Shown in pieces: positions 24,889-37,999 of a stretch of DNA of 64,000 nt. The number at the start of each line of letters is the position of its first letter. Within the stretch, counting starts at the first letter, position 1. Origin of the DNA: Callorhinchus milii (Eukaryota); contig NW_024704743.1 in NCBI RefSeq assembly GCF_018977255.1, positions 77,812,001 through 77,876,000 on the forward strand, given 5' to 3'. Below the pieces are notes generated by a model. That model ran no database searches. It saw only the letters and a list, made by a program, of their open reading frames with translations, and was not told the origin of the DNA. The position numbers were made by a program, and so were the translations under genes.

Positions 24889-25162
24889 CAATTCAAAGTG
24901 GTATCTGAATCATTTTTTAAATATTAGAAAGTGTTGCATTTTTCATCCAAGAGTACGTTAACTTATATCAAACAGCATACACATCACTGTGGGATTCAGT
25001 GTGAGGTATATATTAATAGTACTTATCACTAAATGCTCTGAGACGCTACCTCATACAAAGGGAGCTACAAAAATGCACATTATTGTTGTTGACGAAGAAT
25101 CTAAGCTGCATTAATGAGAAAATGATAAGGTAGATAAGGTACAGCGCCTTGGGACATCCTGT

Positions 25163-25479
25163 AGAGTCCTGTAGCTCAGTGGTTGGAGCACTCGCTTTGC
25201 AAGCGAGAGACCTGAGTTCAATTCCAGGCAGGGCGAAACCTTGGGCAAGTTTCCTTACTCCACACAGAGCCTAATAATAATCCCTCCAAAACCAAAACAA
25301 TAATAAATTGATCATTTTCAATCTACGACTGTTTGTGGGACATTGCTGTACGCAATTGGCTGCGGCGTTCGCCCACAAATACACAGTCAATTCACTTTAC
25401 AGTGTGTTCTGTGAAGCGCTTTGGGACGTCCTCCCGACGTGAAAAGCGCCATATCAAATGCAAGGATTATTATTATTAT
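25163..25479 (+). mobile_element. Full-length SINE2-1_CM-like SINE nested in an L2 tail
   Basis: A box TAGCTCAGTGG, anticodon arm CTCGCTT-TGC-AAGCGAG, B box GAGTTCAATTCC, and ATCCT duplication at 25156-25160 and 25478-25482. Confidence 0.93.
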
Positions 25480-26861
25480 CCTCCCGACGTGAAAGGCTCT
25501 ATACAAATGTAATCTTGTTGCTGTTAGATATTATGGAGGGATGAGGTTAGATAGGCTGAGGGGCCTTCTTCATCTAAACAATCTTCTGATCTTGTGAATA
25601 CAATAGTATTTTAGAAAAATGGGACCCATTACTGACAGGGCAGGATTTAAGTGGCAGTAACAATGCAGGATCATCATACAGATAATTCATTTTATGTCCC
25701 TTAGTTCAGCAGTGGTACACTATAATTTCTTTGATAGGTGTCCCACGAGCACCTGTGATTTTTTAAAAATCATATCACATATTGATTATTGTGTTTTCAT
25801 TCACAAAAGCACAGCGAAGTCCATCAGCTCAGGTGCTCTAGACAGATTGGGAAAATCTGCCAAAGTTCTCACCTCATAAAGTCTCTCTTGCAAACTGTAC
25901 TGAAGGTGTCCTCATGGGAGTACTGGGTAAGGATAGAATTACGCATGTCTATACCCCACAGGTCAAATAGCCTGCCACCCCTCACTGTCATGGTTCACAT
26001 ATTATATTGGAATTTGGATGAAGACGATAATAATAATAATAATAATAACAATAATTAAGGGCAATTAACTATTACAATAATTATTATAACGATGGATGAA
26101 TATAGAACTATCAAAAGAAAAAGCAGTCAAACTCTTTCAAAAGAGGAGTGGAATGTAGAAAATTGGTGGAAAAAATCTATGGAAATCTAAGTTATGGGTA
26201 GCTGAGAGACTTAAAGGTGAGATTATTTGTTGGACACCAGTGCTCAGTGCTGCCTTACACACAGTCACATTATACGCTATAATCTCTTTCAGGAATGCTT
26301 GTTGTGGACAGGTTTCATTTGCTGAAGCATTTTAGTGTAAATCTTTGAGTGCATCTCTTGGCGTTTCTCCGAGAACCACAAAGTATTTAGGTGCTGGGTC
26401 TTACTCATGTTACTTCTCTCAAAGAGAAATCTAATAAGTCAACTGAAATATAAAAACATACAACAAAGCCGGGGTTTGGCAGTGAATTTAATCTCTCCCT
26501 TTTTTGATGGAAGTGTAACTGATACATCTGGGTTGGATAGAATTTCAATTTACATGGGAAAAAAACTCAAATTGTCTACAATACATCCAGAAAGAAGCTG
26601 CTTCTTTAAATTATACCAAATAAGGGGTGGTGAAGTGTCAATCACTATGAGTGGCAGATTATCTGCACGCACTTTACTTGCATGTCTTTATCAGCCTTTG
26701 GAAACTGTCAGATCATTACAGTGAGGAGGCCATTCAGCCCATCCAGCCTGTAATAACAAATAAATACATACATTTTATATTTACCTTATCACGTTGACCA
26801 GAACACCAGGAGAAACTTCCTTCTCTTTTCACATAGTGCCATGGGATCATTAATGCCTACC

Positions 26862-28702
26862 AGAACAAGGATGAGAATCTTGAACTCGATCCTCTGGGGG
26901 ATGGGGAGCCAGTGGAGTCGGGCGAGCGTGGGAGTGATGGGGTCACAGAGTCTGGTGTGTGAGAGTACATGAGCTGCAGAGTTTTGGATGATCTGCAGCT
27001 TGTGAAGGGAAGAGTTGGGAAGGCCGCTGAGGAGGGAGTTCCCGTAAGCAAGCCTTGAGGTGACGAATGCGTGGGTGAGGGTTTCGGCAGCCTGAGGGGT
27101 GAGGCAATGGCAGAGTCTGGCAATGTTGCGGAGGTGATGGTAGGCAGTGGCGGTCATGCCACGGATGTGGGAGAGAAAGGACAGCTTAGGGTCAAACCAG
27201 ATACCCAGGTTCCTGACTGGCTTAGTGAGATTGAGTGTGCAGCTGTGGAGGCTGATGCTGCCAGCGCCCGAGGTGCGGAGGCACTGGCGCGAGCCAATCA
27301 AGAGGGCCTTGGTCTTGCTGACGATGAGTTGGAGAAAGTTGGCCCTCGTCCAGGACTTGATGTCGGACAGGCAGTCAGTCAGGACGCCAGTAGTCCTGGA
27401 TTTCGGGGTGGAGGCAGAGTAGTAGAGTTGGGTGTCATCCGCATACATGAAAATTTGCCCCATGTCTGCGGATGATGTCACCAAGGGGGAGCATGTAGAG
27501 GGTGAAGAGGAGGGGACCGAGAACAGAGTCCTGAGGAACGCTGCACAAGATGGTGTGGGGGCTGGAGGAGAAGCCGTTTGCTGCAACAAAGTGGAGGCGG
27601 TGTGAAAGGTAGGACCTGAACCAGTCAAAGACAGAACCTTGAAGGTTGAGGTGGGAGGAGAAGCGGTGGAGGAGGATTGAGTGGTCCACGGTGTCAAAGG
27701 CGGCGGAGAGATCGAGGAGGATGAGGAGGCAGAGGGAGCCCTGATCACACATGGTCAGGATGTCATTTGTGACCTTGACCAGAGCAGTTTCTGTGCTGTT
27801 GGCAGCATGAAAACCCAATTGGAGGGATTCATGGAGGGAGGGAGAAGAAAGGAAAGAGCGAAGCTGGGAGGCAACGGCTCTCTCAAGGACCTTGGATAGG
27901 AAGGGGAGACTTGAGATGGGCTAGTAGCTGGATAGCTGTGATGGGTCAAGGGAAAGTTTCTTCAAGGTGGGGGTGAGAGTGGCTGTTTTGAGGGGGGAAG
28001 GAGCAGTGCCAGATGACAGGGAGAGGTTGATGATATCGGTGAGTAGTGGGGCAAGGAGGTGGAGCTGGGATTTAAGAGAGGAGTAGAGATGGGGTCGAGG
28101 GAGCAGATGGTGGACTTCATGGAGGTTACCGTGTTGAAGACAGAGGAGGGGCTGACAGGTTCAAAGGTGTGGAAGGAGGGATGGGTAATTGTCGGATGAG
28201 TAATTGTATGGGGTGGGGGTAGGGAGAGGTTGGAAGTTGGGGGTGCAGTGGCAGCTGAGCAGATTCCCTCAATTTTGAACTCGAGGAAGTCCAGCATTTT
28301 CTCGCAATGAGAGTCAGAGGAAAGTATCCGCGAGGCATTTCAGGGAGGGCGGAGGAGCCGATTAATGGTGGGAAACAGGAACCTGGGATTGCCTTTCACC
28401 TCCAGGATTAACCTGGAATAGAAGGATGATTTGGCTGAGGCGAGAACAGAGAGGTAGTTCTTGATGAGATCCAGCCAGATGTAGCAGTGGTCCGTTAGGC
28501 CGGATTTGAGCCAAATGAGTTCGGCAGACTGCACCTTCAGGAGTTGAGGGGGGCAAGGACATTGAATGTGGTGGAGAGGGTGCTGTGGAGAAGAGTGAGT
28601 GCAGCGAGTGGGTTGTTGCGAGAGGTGGGCCAGAGGGGGAGGAGATCAGAGGACTCCAGGGCAGCGGAGAGGGATTGCGAGGAGATCTTCTTCCACGGGC
28701 TT
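26862..28702 (-). mobile_element. L2 LINE ORF2 (RT domain) pseudogene, 5'- and 3'-truncated
   Basis: Frameshifted ORFs contain LLDLSAAFDTVDH, VPQDSVLGPLLF, YADDTQLY, FLQLIVSKT, VRNLGIWFD and RLHWLPIPQRIEFKIL. No endonuclease domain and no tail. Confidence 0.95.
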
Positions 28703-28704
28703 CT

Positions 28705-28840
28705 TACAGCACAGAATCAGGCCATTTGCCCCAACCAGGGGTGCTAGTGTTTGTCATACATATGAGTCTCCACCCATTCCTTACTTCCTCCCACATCCTT
28801 CTCCCTCGTATGTAGATCTAGCTTCCTCTTGAATGCATTT
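28705..28840 (-). mobile_element. CR1 3' tail fragment
   Basis: 'acagcacagaatcaggccatttgccccaacc...ctagcttcctcttgaatgcat' is the reverse complement of a CR1 tail. Confidence 0.55.
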
Positions 28841-31800
28841 GTTATGAAATGGCAAAATTTCAATCAATAATTATCACCTGGTTCTTAGGTTGGATAACCC
28901 CAGAATTTTGTCGCAACAGTTTGCTCCAGAAGAACACCATTGTTCAGCTGGGTGGTTTTAAACTGCGTGATTATCAGCTTAAAGGTAGCAACTGTTGTTG
29001 CTTTACACAAGGGCAGCTGAGTTAAGCCACTGTCCTATTTCTAGGTGATTGAAACTGCCATTCTCTATGATCAGGAGCGTGGAGCTCTTTGGCTTCCCTG
29101 ACTTTGAAAGTTATAGGAATAGTTATGGAGAGTAACATCAATGATCATACATAGCCTGTGAAGAGAATGTGCTTCATGGCCAAATATCCTTTTCTCAATC
29201 CAGTTGTTTTGTGAGTTATTTAACTTGTTTGAGGCACTTTGCAATGTTTGAGAATTCTACAACAATGTGCACTGCATTTAGAGGCACCAAGGGAAGAAAT
29301 CTCACTTGGATCTAGATTTATTCCATTTTCTTAGTGTTTCAGGATATTCCAAATTGGCAATTTGTTGAATTCAGGTCTTAACTTGCAAGTTAGTAACCAG
29401 ATTTATGTAGTTCTTAAAATAATTTAAAGAAAACCAACCTCAAAATTAAGACTGTGACAGATCTCTGGTGGTGAAATTTGATGGGCAAATTTAAGATTTT
29501 GCCCTTCTGGATGCTCTGAAATTCTAAGAAAATAGACAAATTTAGAATCAGGTGGAACTTCTCCCCATAAGTACCAAATGGAAGATTGGCACAAACAGAG
29601 GGAGAGTCATTCCATTCCCAGAATGACCCATTGCCCAGAGCAGCACTAACAGAGGCCTGACAGTGAGTGGATGTCCATGCTCTCAGCAGAAGATCTAAGC
29701 AGAGAAAATATAAGGAAACATCCTCCAAATTAGCTGGTGATTCATCTCCTGCCTGCTTGCATGACCTTGCTGTCATAAACGTTTGCCACTTTTAACTACA
29801 CAAATAGTCAACAACAACAACAAAATTCAATTTGTAAAGCGCCTTTCACGTCGGGAGGACGTCCCAAGGAAATGTATCACCACACATTTACTTGTGAAAC
29901 TATTTAACACATTTCAACATAGAAATACAAAATCTTTCTTTTGCATTCTCTGCAAATTCTTTCCTTTTTTCTTTTGCATTCTCTGCAAAATATCCACTAT
30001 TAGAATTCTGCTGTTTATGCCCATTGCCAGTCACAATGGAACTTATTAAATGTCAGTAACCAGAAGCTGATTTCAGACTGAAGCCCCCAGCCAATTTAAT
30101 ATTTTCTATCAGTCAGTATTACTTAAACAGAAATGACTGCAGTACTTGTCCGATGTGAACTGGAGTCAGCTGTGTCGAAGGTGAGGCTCCCAGTAACAGC
30201 AGCTCATTTCATTATAGCTATTTATGCCTCTCAGCCATCACTGCCTTTTAAGCAAATAGTTCTGAATAAATATCATTTCTCTGTCTTGCATATAAAAGAA
30301 ATCTCAGGGGAGTCCAGCCCTAAAAATGTATTGCAAGAGTGGTGCACATTGTTGAAAATCTATAAAACCTTTTGGGTATAGTGTAATTTCCCAATAGACT
30401 TGATTACTATTAAGAAACCATCTGTTTGCAATAATGCTTGAAATGGACTTATCAAGGATACAAGTTAAAAGATCAGTAAAATTTACATACTTTTAATTGC
30501 ACTGAACTATCTATTGTTTTTATTTTATGTGGTAGATTCTAGAGATGTTGAAGTTAGACATATGAAAGGTGATCATGTATTTTGTACTGAAACCATAAAG
30601 TATAAAATACAGTTGAGTGCGATTATAAAAGTGTGTACACATTACTGGTAATTAACATGCACACATTCATTCAAGCCCTCTGGGTCGCTACCCTGCATGA
30701 GGGGCATTATATAAAGTTGTTTTTGTTGTTGGTGATAGTGGTATTTCAAGATGCATTGTTGAAATGTAAATAACCCTGGTTGAAAAAAATATTCAGATGG
30801 TAAAAATGAGGAATAAATAAATAGCTCAGTGAGAGTTACAGACAAAACAATGCAAATAATGTGAGAAAACAGAATGGGCAAAGATGAGAAACCAGTTTGA
30901 TGTGGGTTCTGTTTCTTTCCCCTATTGGGCCTTCACTTCAGTGTGCTGGCGGTACTTTATACCAAACTATCAAACTTTCACCTTTTTTTATTTGATTTTA
31001 TGCCAGTTCTCAACTGATGCCAAAAGTTCAACTTGAGGTCCTGTGATCTCAGGTCCTCTTTTACTTATGTCTTGAAAGGCTCAAGATCATTATCATTTCC
31101 CAGAAATTGTCTTTGTTGGACCGGTTATTGCTGGAGATTTTCTCTTGAAAATGAACATTATAATAGATTATAGGTGCTGCTCATGTGCTGACCCTATTAA
31201 CTGATGCACATCTGCTATTCAAAGTTGAAAAGAGCCTTCGTTGACTTTTTTTCAAAATGTTTCAGAAGTTCAGCCAATTATGGGATTAGTTGAAGCTGTA
31301 ATCTGAATGTAGCTCAGTTGCTGAATGCCATTGTTGCTATGACTTGGCCCTCATAGAATTATTCATATTTTTCGGATTTGTTTCCATAATCTACCACCAT
31401 TTCACAAGATCCTCATCAATCTTTTTAATGCTCCTGTGATCTAATATAAGACTGTCTTCAATGAAAGGCTATCAGACTATTCAATGAAATGTTTTATCCC
31501 TGATGACTGATAATCAAGCACGAGGAGAGCAATAGCCCTGATGCTTACCAATATGATATTAACCTGGTTTGGGTAGTGTCAGGGAAGTGAAAGGCACACA
31601 GGCATATTTCTCAATGGCGATCTTATGCAAACATAATCTTAAAAAAAATATTTGCCTAAGTGTTTCATTTAAAAATAGCAAATGGCACAACAGCTTCATG
31701 TTGTGACTGTGACTGACTTATTTAATAGCCGTTGGTAAAGTGCAAAACATTAGTCTCATTGCATGTCAATCATCCTGCACATGCCAAATCCTTGTAAAAT

Positions 31801-33200
31801 CTGTCAGCAGCTATAGCACAAACTTGGTGACAATCCAAGGAATATGTGATCTCTTATCTTTAAAATGAAGGCAAGAGAAAGGAAGAGGTACTTAATGAAT
31901 TGGTGTCAAAAGGGGAAAATAAACTTTTCTTTTAGACCACTATATTTTTTATTGGGGAGGAGGGTAAATGTTGCCCAGGGCTATAAATGAAAAATGGGAT
32001 GCTTGGAACTATCTGACTTGTTATTTCAAAAGAGTTACTGCCTGGGCAAAATTTCAAGGATCTGTTCAGTGTGCTATACAACTATACAGCTGAAACATGC
32101 ATTACTGGGAACGGGGCAGTGAATTCAAAGGGTTACGTCATTGTTGTCCAGTCATTATCTTCTTCTATCTTCTTTTTCTTTATACTGATAAAAAGACAAT
32201 GTCTGTCTATGCTTCAAGAAGGATCTCAATACCCAAGTAACATAGAGACATGGTTTATACTGATCGGAAAGGTCTTGCACCTGGGAGAGACATAGGTGGA
32301 TTTGTATTCAGGTATTTCCTATCGTTCATGAGTAATGCGTTTTTTGTTGCAGTTACACCTGGTGGCCGCTGATCAAAGTGACGTTGTGGCATTGTGCGAC
32401 ACAGAACCTACGTATGTCCGCACACACTGCAGTTACACCTGGTAGCCGCGCAAATAGCATCCTGCGTCGCAGAACACGCACGTAGCCAAGCGGTGGGAAC
32501 AAAATAAAGAACACAGACGAAGCTAAGCCATAGGAACAATAACAAAATTACATTTTTAAAGTGCCAAGTCCTCTCACTGAGTCCTCCCAAAAGGAGTCCT
32601 CCCAGATGAGTATAGAAAAAGATGAAATGTCTGTCTGTGTGTCATCCTACAATCCTAGCTGGATAAGTATTATGTGACTAACGTTTGAAAGCCATGTTGC
32701 AGAAGTTTCTAATAATATTAATCCTTACACTTGATATGGCGCCTTTCACGTCAGGTGGACAATTCAAAGTGCTTCACAGGATATATTATAAAGTATAGTG
32801 ACTGGGTATTTTATAGGAAAACTAGTCAGATGCTGCAACTCTGATCTTGCCTGGTGGTTAGCATGATCTTTTTGTGCCCAGATTTTTCAGTTCAAGCAAT
32901 TCTGTCTGCCTCCAATGATTCAGATAAAGTGAACTAATACGATCAAAATTGTCATCTAAACTGTTGCCTATCTTACTCATTTAAGTGACCAAAGGTCCAT
33001 TAGAACAATGGGACTTTGGGTATAATTATTTTAATAATTGCAGCATCTTTATTAATATAAAATTATTCATTAATCAAATGATTAAACAAAAATGGCATAC
33101 AGCAACCATCATATTGGAAAACCCATTGATCTACTGAGTAAAGGCACCAGATGATGTAATACACCAATCTACACAAAACGTAAAGGTCCCAGGTTCAGTC

Positions 33201-33455
33201 CACACTCAAACTCTCTGAGCCACACTCAAACTCTCTCAGTCACATGGAAACTGTTTCAGTCACACTCAAACTCTTTGAGCCACACTCAAATTCTCTGAGT
33301 CATGCTCAAACTCTCAGTCACACTCAAACTCTCTGAGCCACACTCAAACTCTTTCAGTCATATTCAAACTCTCTCAGTCACACTCAAACTCTCTGAGCCA
33401 CACTCAAACTCTCTCAGTCATACTCAAACTCCCTCAGCTACACTCAAACTCTCCG
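33201..33455. repeat. 20-bp minisatellite, about 13 units (CACACTCAAACTCTCTSAGY)
   Basis: Tandem units read directly; they explain the repetitive ORF 33302..33637. Confidence 0.95.
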
Positions 33456-35073
33456 ATTTTAGAGCTCACTTGTGTTTCAGCGTGCACAATGTAAACTGTG
33501 TACAATGTACTGTAGAAGCCCACACCTATATCAGACTACACATGTGTGGATGCCATTCATGCTTTGTGGTACTTCAGAGCAAACAAGATAAGAACACAAG
33601 AGCACAAGGGGTGAAAATAGCCCTTTGGCTCATTTAATCTCAGCAATCCTACTGTTTTACAGTATCAAGCTGTTTCTTAAATGACAAGGTAACCTCTTCT
33701 TCTGCCTGGATTAACCTGCACACATCAAAGTGTAAAGAATGTAAACAGAATGAGTAGATAGATTCAATAATTATAGACATCTTGACCTACGACCCAAAGG
33801 AATTTCAGAGATGAGTGAAACATGCAACAGCACCCTTAGGTTGTAGTAAACACAGGCCCTCCCTCAGCTAAGAAAGAGCAAGCAGCGAGATAGGAGAGTT
33901 AAGTGAAGGTAAACGAAAATGAATAAATGCCATTTTATTATTGTTTAGAAAATACTGTGGTAACATTTGAGATTCTTTAACATGCTCTATAATTTAATTA
34001 ATGCTGCCATTAAGTTCAGAGCATATTAAGGAATACCACATATCTTAAGTTTAAAATAAATTGCCATCAGTTCTGTGTTGTGAATAACTGGGTAGAGGGG
34101 TTGGTGCTTTCATCTTGTTAAACTGATGAAAGGAAACTGATGTAACTTAGCAGTAGACTAATATGGAATAGAACCCAATTTATAATTGTTTAGCAGCTAC
34201 AAAATGCTATTGCTCTCTAAGCACCTGCACAGAGCAAATTGGCAATAATAAAAATAATCTTTGCATTTGACATAGTGTCTATATCAGGATGACGTATCAC
34301 AGGATTTACTGTAAAGTGTGGTCACTGTGTATTTTGAAATTGAACATGGCAGCTCATTTATGCACAGCAATGTCCCATAAACAATTAAGAAGAGAATGAT
34401 CAATTTTATATAAGGGATAATTGACCAGGACATGTTTTTGAATAGTGCCATGGGATCTTTAACACTCACCTGAACAGCTAATTCTCAGGATGAGATTAAC
34501 ATTAAAAATGTTCTCATGAAAGATTGTAGCTGGTCCTGATCCATTGCATTTATATAGGGGTCTCAGTAGCAGAGCTTCAGCGTAATTCATCGGGTTACTG
34601 TATAAACCGATCCAATAGGAACAGTCCATATTTGTGAAGATTCAATTCAATATCATTCCCACGCACATCCCGAGAAGCAGATTTTATTAAAGTATATTCC
34701 TAAGTTTCCACACCACCATCCTCTCTGCCCCCCTTTACTGACCACAGTGGATTGTCCAGCCCATTCCTGGCTGCAATGTTATCACTGATTCCCTGTGGGA
34801 AGGCTATTATATGGCCTCTGTGTAACATGTTCAAACCACAATGAACGTTTGATTTATTAACGTCATTAATGTATTCATTTGACATTGGGAGTAGAATCAC
34901 TAGTTGTTCAAATTGTATGCCAACAACCTGTCACAATGCAGCATTTGATACATCCATTTTTAAAAAAAGCCAGGAAGCAATCTGTCTGTCTTTCCGGTTG
35001 CGAGGAGTTCTTGGATAGTGGACAGAGGACATGATGGCTGAGCTTTCCCAGATAAAGTGTTGGCCTGTCAGCT

Positions 35074-35462
35074 GTCAGCCTGCCTCAGTTGGTAGCACTC
35101 TCACCTCTGAGTCAGAACGTTGTGAGTTCAAACCCCACGTCAACTGGAAACTCATAGCAATAATGGGGTGTTCTACATTGACGGAGGTGCCATCCTTCAG
35201 ATGAGATGTTAAACTGAAATCAGTCTGCCCTTTCAGGTGGACATTAAACATCCCATGGCACTGTTTGAAAGAGAAAGAAATTTCTCCCACTGTCCTGGTC
35301 AACAATCTTCAAAAATTGGTCATGGATGTTTGTTAGATGTTGCTGTATGCAAATTGATTGCCATGTTCACCCACAAAAAACACAGTTGCTACACTTTACA
35401 ATAAATCCTGTGAAATGATTTGTGACTATCCTGCATGAAAGGTGCTGTATAAATACATTGTT
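35074..35462 (+). mobile_element. SacSINE1-like (Deu-domain) SINE
   Basis: Head 'ctcagttggtagcactctcacctctgagtcagaacgttgtgagttcaaaccc', body, core and L2-like tail. Confidence 0.8.
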
Positions 35463-37999
35463 ATGACGTCCTACTGACATGAGCATTGGAGTGTTTTCTT
35501 AAATTTGGAGCCTGACTCTTACTGTCAACCTGGACAACAAGCTCCAAACTGGAACCCACAACCTCTGACTTAGAGGAGAGAATGCTACCAGCTGAGTAGC
35601 TTGTGCAACAAATCAAACTTCTCTGTCAAAAGTTAGCTCCAAAGTTATGCCCACTTGAACTCTGTTGAACCCTTGTACTGAATACATTAGACAACAAGAT
35701 GAAAGCACACTATAAATAGATAGATCATCTCTCATTCCATAGTGTTATCAAAATGAACTGAAGATTTCTAACCAAACCAATACCTTTGGATGAAGCACGA
35801 AATTGCTGCCAAAAGACCTCTGAGGGTTAAGATAGAGTTGACATGAATGATTAAAAAGAGTGGAAATATGACATTTTATTAAAACAAACATTTCAGTACG
35901 CCTACTGTGATAAAATGATCTAGTTTTTCTCATACAGAAAGTTTCAGCAGACTGATACCTTGGAAATTCCTTCAGGGCTTCATATTACTCACTTTCTGTG
36001 GCAAAGAGCAGCTGCAAATGGCCTGCAATTTTCATTGAGCAGTGCTTGGCCATTCTTTACCGTCAGAGAGGAGAGCAGTGCAGGAAAGGTGAGTCACTGA
36101 AGGGTTTTGAAGAGTTTGGTATTAAAATCTGAATCACAGAAAAAATAGGCAATTGTTAAATAGGGGGTGACAGGCCTAGTATGTGTGTGTGTGAGTGTGT
36201 TGGGTGAGGGGGGAGGGGTTGCCAACAAGTTATTGGAGCATGTTATTGAAACGTTTAGGGCAATGCCTCACCACATGTATCCTTCTCTCCCCTTTATATT
36301 CTAGTTCCATGGTTGACAATCCTCCAGGTAAAATGAGTCAATCACGTACTGGCTATTTGTGGGTCCCAGCCTGCCATGTACCAAATGACTGCCACATTTA
36401 CCAATATAATAAAAATCACTAGACTTGACAGCAGAAACAACCTTTAGTTCGAGATTAAAAACTGCAAGAAGTATGTTATGGAATATTACAGTTTTGAATG
36501 TACAACTAAATGCAAGTTGGTTTTGTGAACTCCCCAACTACCATGAGTTACTGAACAATGAGAGGATCCGATGTCCCAAGATTTCACCGGCTCTTATTTT
36601 TGTTTTTGTTAGCAGGTAGCATTAAGGGATATCTAAACACAGAGTGAAGCCACAAGGAAGTCTGAGACTTGCAACAATAGAGGATACGAGTGAGAACAAA
36701 ATGTGCAATCTTAGTGCCAACCATTGTGCTGACCAGAAAGAAAGAATGAAAACTATTTGTTGTTTACAGCATCTATAACATCAAAGTTATATAAAAACAA
36801 CCATGAGGTGAATAATCAATCAATTTGGAATTTGTTGCCTAAGACACAAAAGAGAAACCGCCTTCTGTCAGTGAGACATGTTTGATTTCATTCTATGAAA
36901 CATGAAATGTAGATGAATCCATTGTTTGTTACAAAGCAAGAATTCAGCCCAAAGTCACATGTGGGATGAATTCAATATTCAATGGCTGAACACTGAGTGC
37001 TCTGTTTATACATAAGCATCTGCAGATTTTTAAAATAAAACCATTTTACAGATGCAAGTAATTTCACAGCACTGAGCGTGCATTTGACATGGCTAATGAT
37101 TCAATATGCAAATAATGAAACACAGTATTTTATATCTTTAATCCAATACAGATTGGATTTAAAAATGCATGGCACTAACAAACCAACACATCAGAGATTT
37201 ACCAGGTCACATATGTCATGAGGCCCTGTAATCCTCCATCTTTTAACTTAGCATTGGCTGTAAAACTGTCCTGTAAAGTCAATTCTCATGCAAAAAAAAA
37301 TCTTTAAGAATTGATGCTCCTGTCTTCTACATGGATGTTGAGAGCTGGAAGAAAGAAGCAGAAAGCTATTTTTTAATGTTAAGAGTGGGTAGAAAGAAAG
37401 TTTAGAGTAGGTGAAAAATGGGAACAAGAGGAGGGGAGAAGAGAAATGATAGGAAGTTAGAGGGGCAATAGGGTACACGCAGGGAATGTTTCCAAACATT
37501 TTATATTTATTTTAATATGGGGGTTCTATTATAGTTAATATAATCACAAACCTGTCCTGATGTTAAAACAGTTTTCTTACTAAAATCTTAATCTTTTTTA
37601 GTGCCCGAGTCTGCGAGCCCAAAATGTATAGAAATCGTTGAAGTCTGCCCAGCATCAAAGGGGTTAAACTTGCTCATTCTTCCCCCACCTCAACCACTCT
37701 CTCCCCCCCACCACCATGTATAATTTTTATATTTCATGTAAGGAATACTTTTACTTTGAACTAAAAGCTGCTTTGTTACTGGACACAGTCCTGCTGTCTG
37801 TCTGTCAGCCGAAAGCATTGATGCATAGTGACTGGTGGCTTCTCCATTATATTATACAGTATATGAAGCAGTGGTGCATTTGTTGTAAAGAGGGAGACTG
37901 GGGTATTTCACTGGAAATAATTTGCCATGAACAGAGACATTTCTATTTCAGTGCAAGAAAAATTTCCTTTTATTGCTGAGCTCAGACACTTGACTCAGT

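Noticed and set aside
25163..25235. tRNA-Ala(TGC)-like sequence with A/B boxes and anticodon arm (also at 14383, 16439, 22597, 3705, 39749)
   Set aside because: It lacks a proper acceptor stem and continues into SINE body and tail; it is a SINE head, not a tRNA gene.
26789..27748. 319-aa ORF containing YADD, as a functional reverse transcriptase or host gene
   Set aside because: The N-terminal third is out-of-frame L2 sequence and the C-terminus is SINE-derived; it is a frameshifted L2 pseudogene.
29578..29694. Minus-strand acceptor-like site (ttttctctgcttag) within the 120-aa ORF
   Set aside because: No convincing donor site and no recognisable peptide.
29935..29990. Short local direct duplications (also about 38763-38790, 23480-23501, 32579-32604)
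   Set aside because: Ordinary slippage-type duplications with no further structure.
33201..33455. CRISPR-like array or repetitive protein ORF (33302..33637)
   Set aside because: Contiguous tandem units with no spacers and no cas genes, in vertebrate context.
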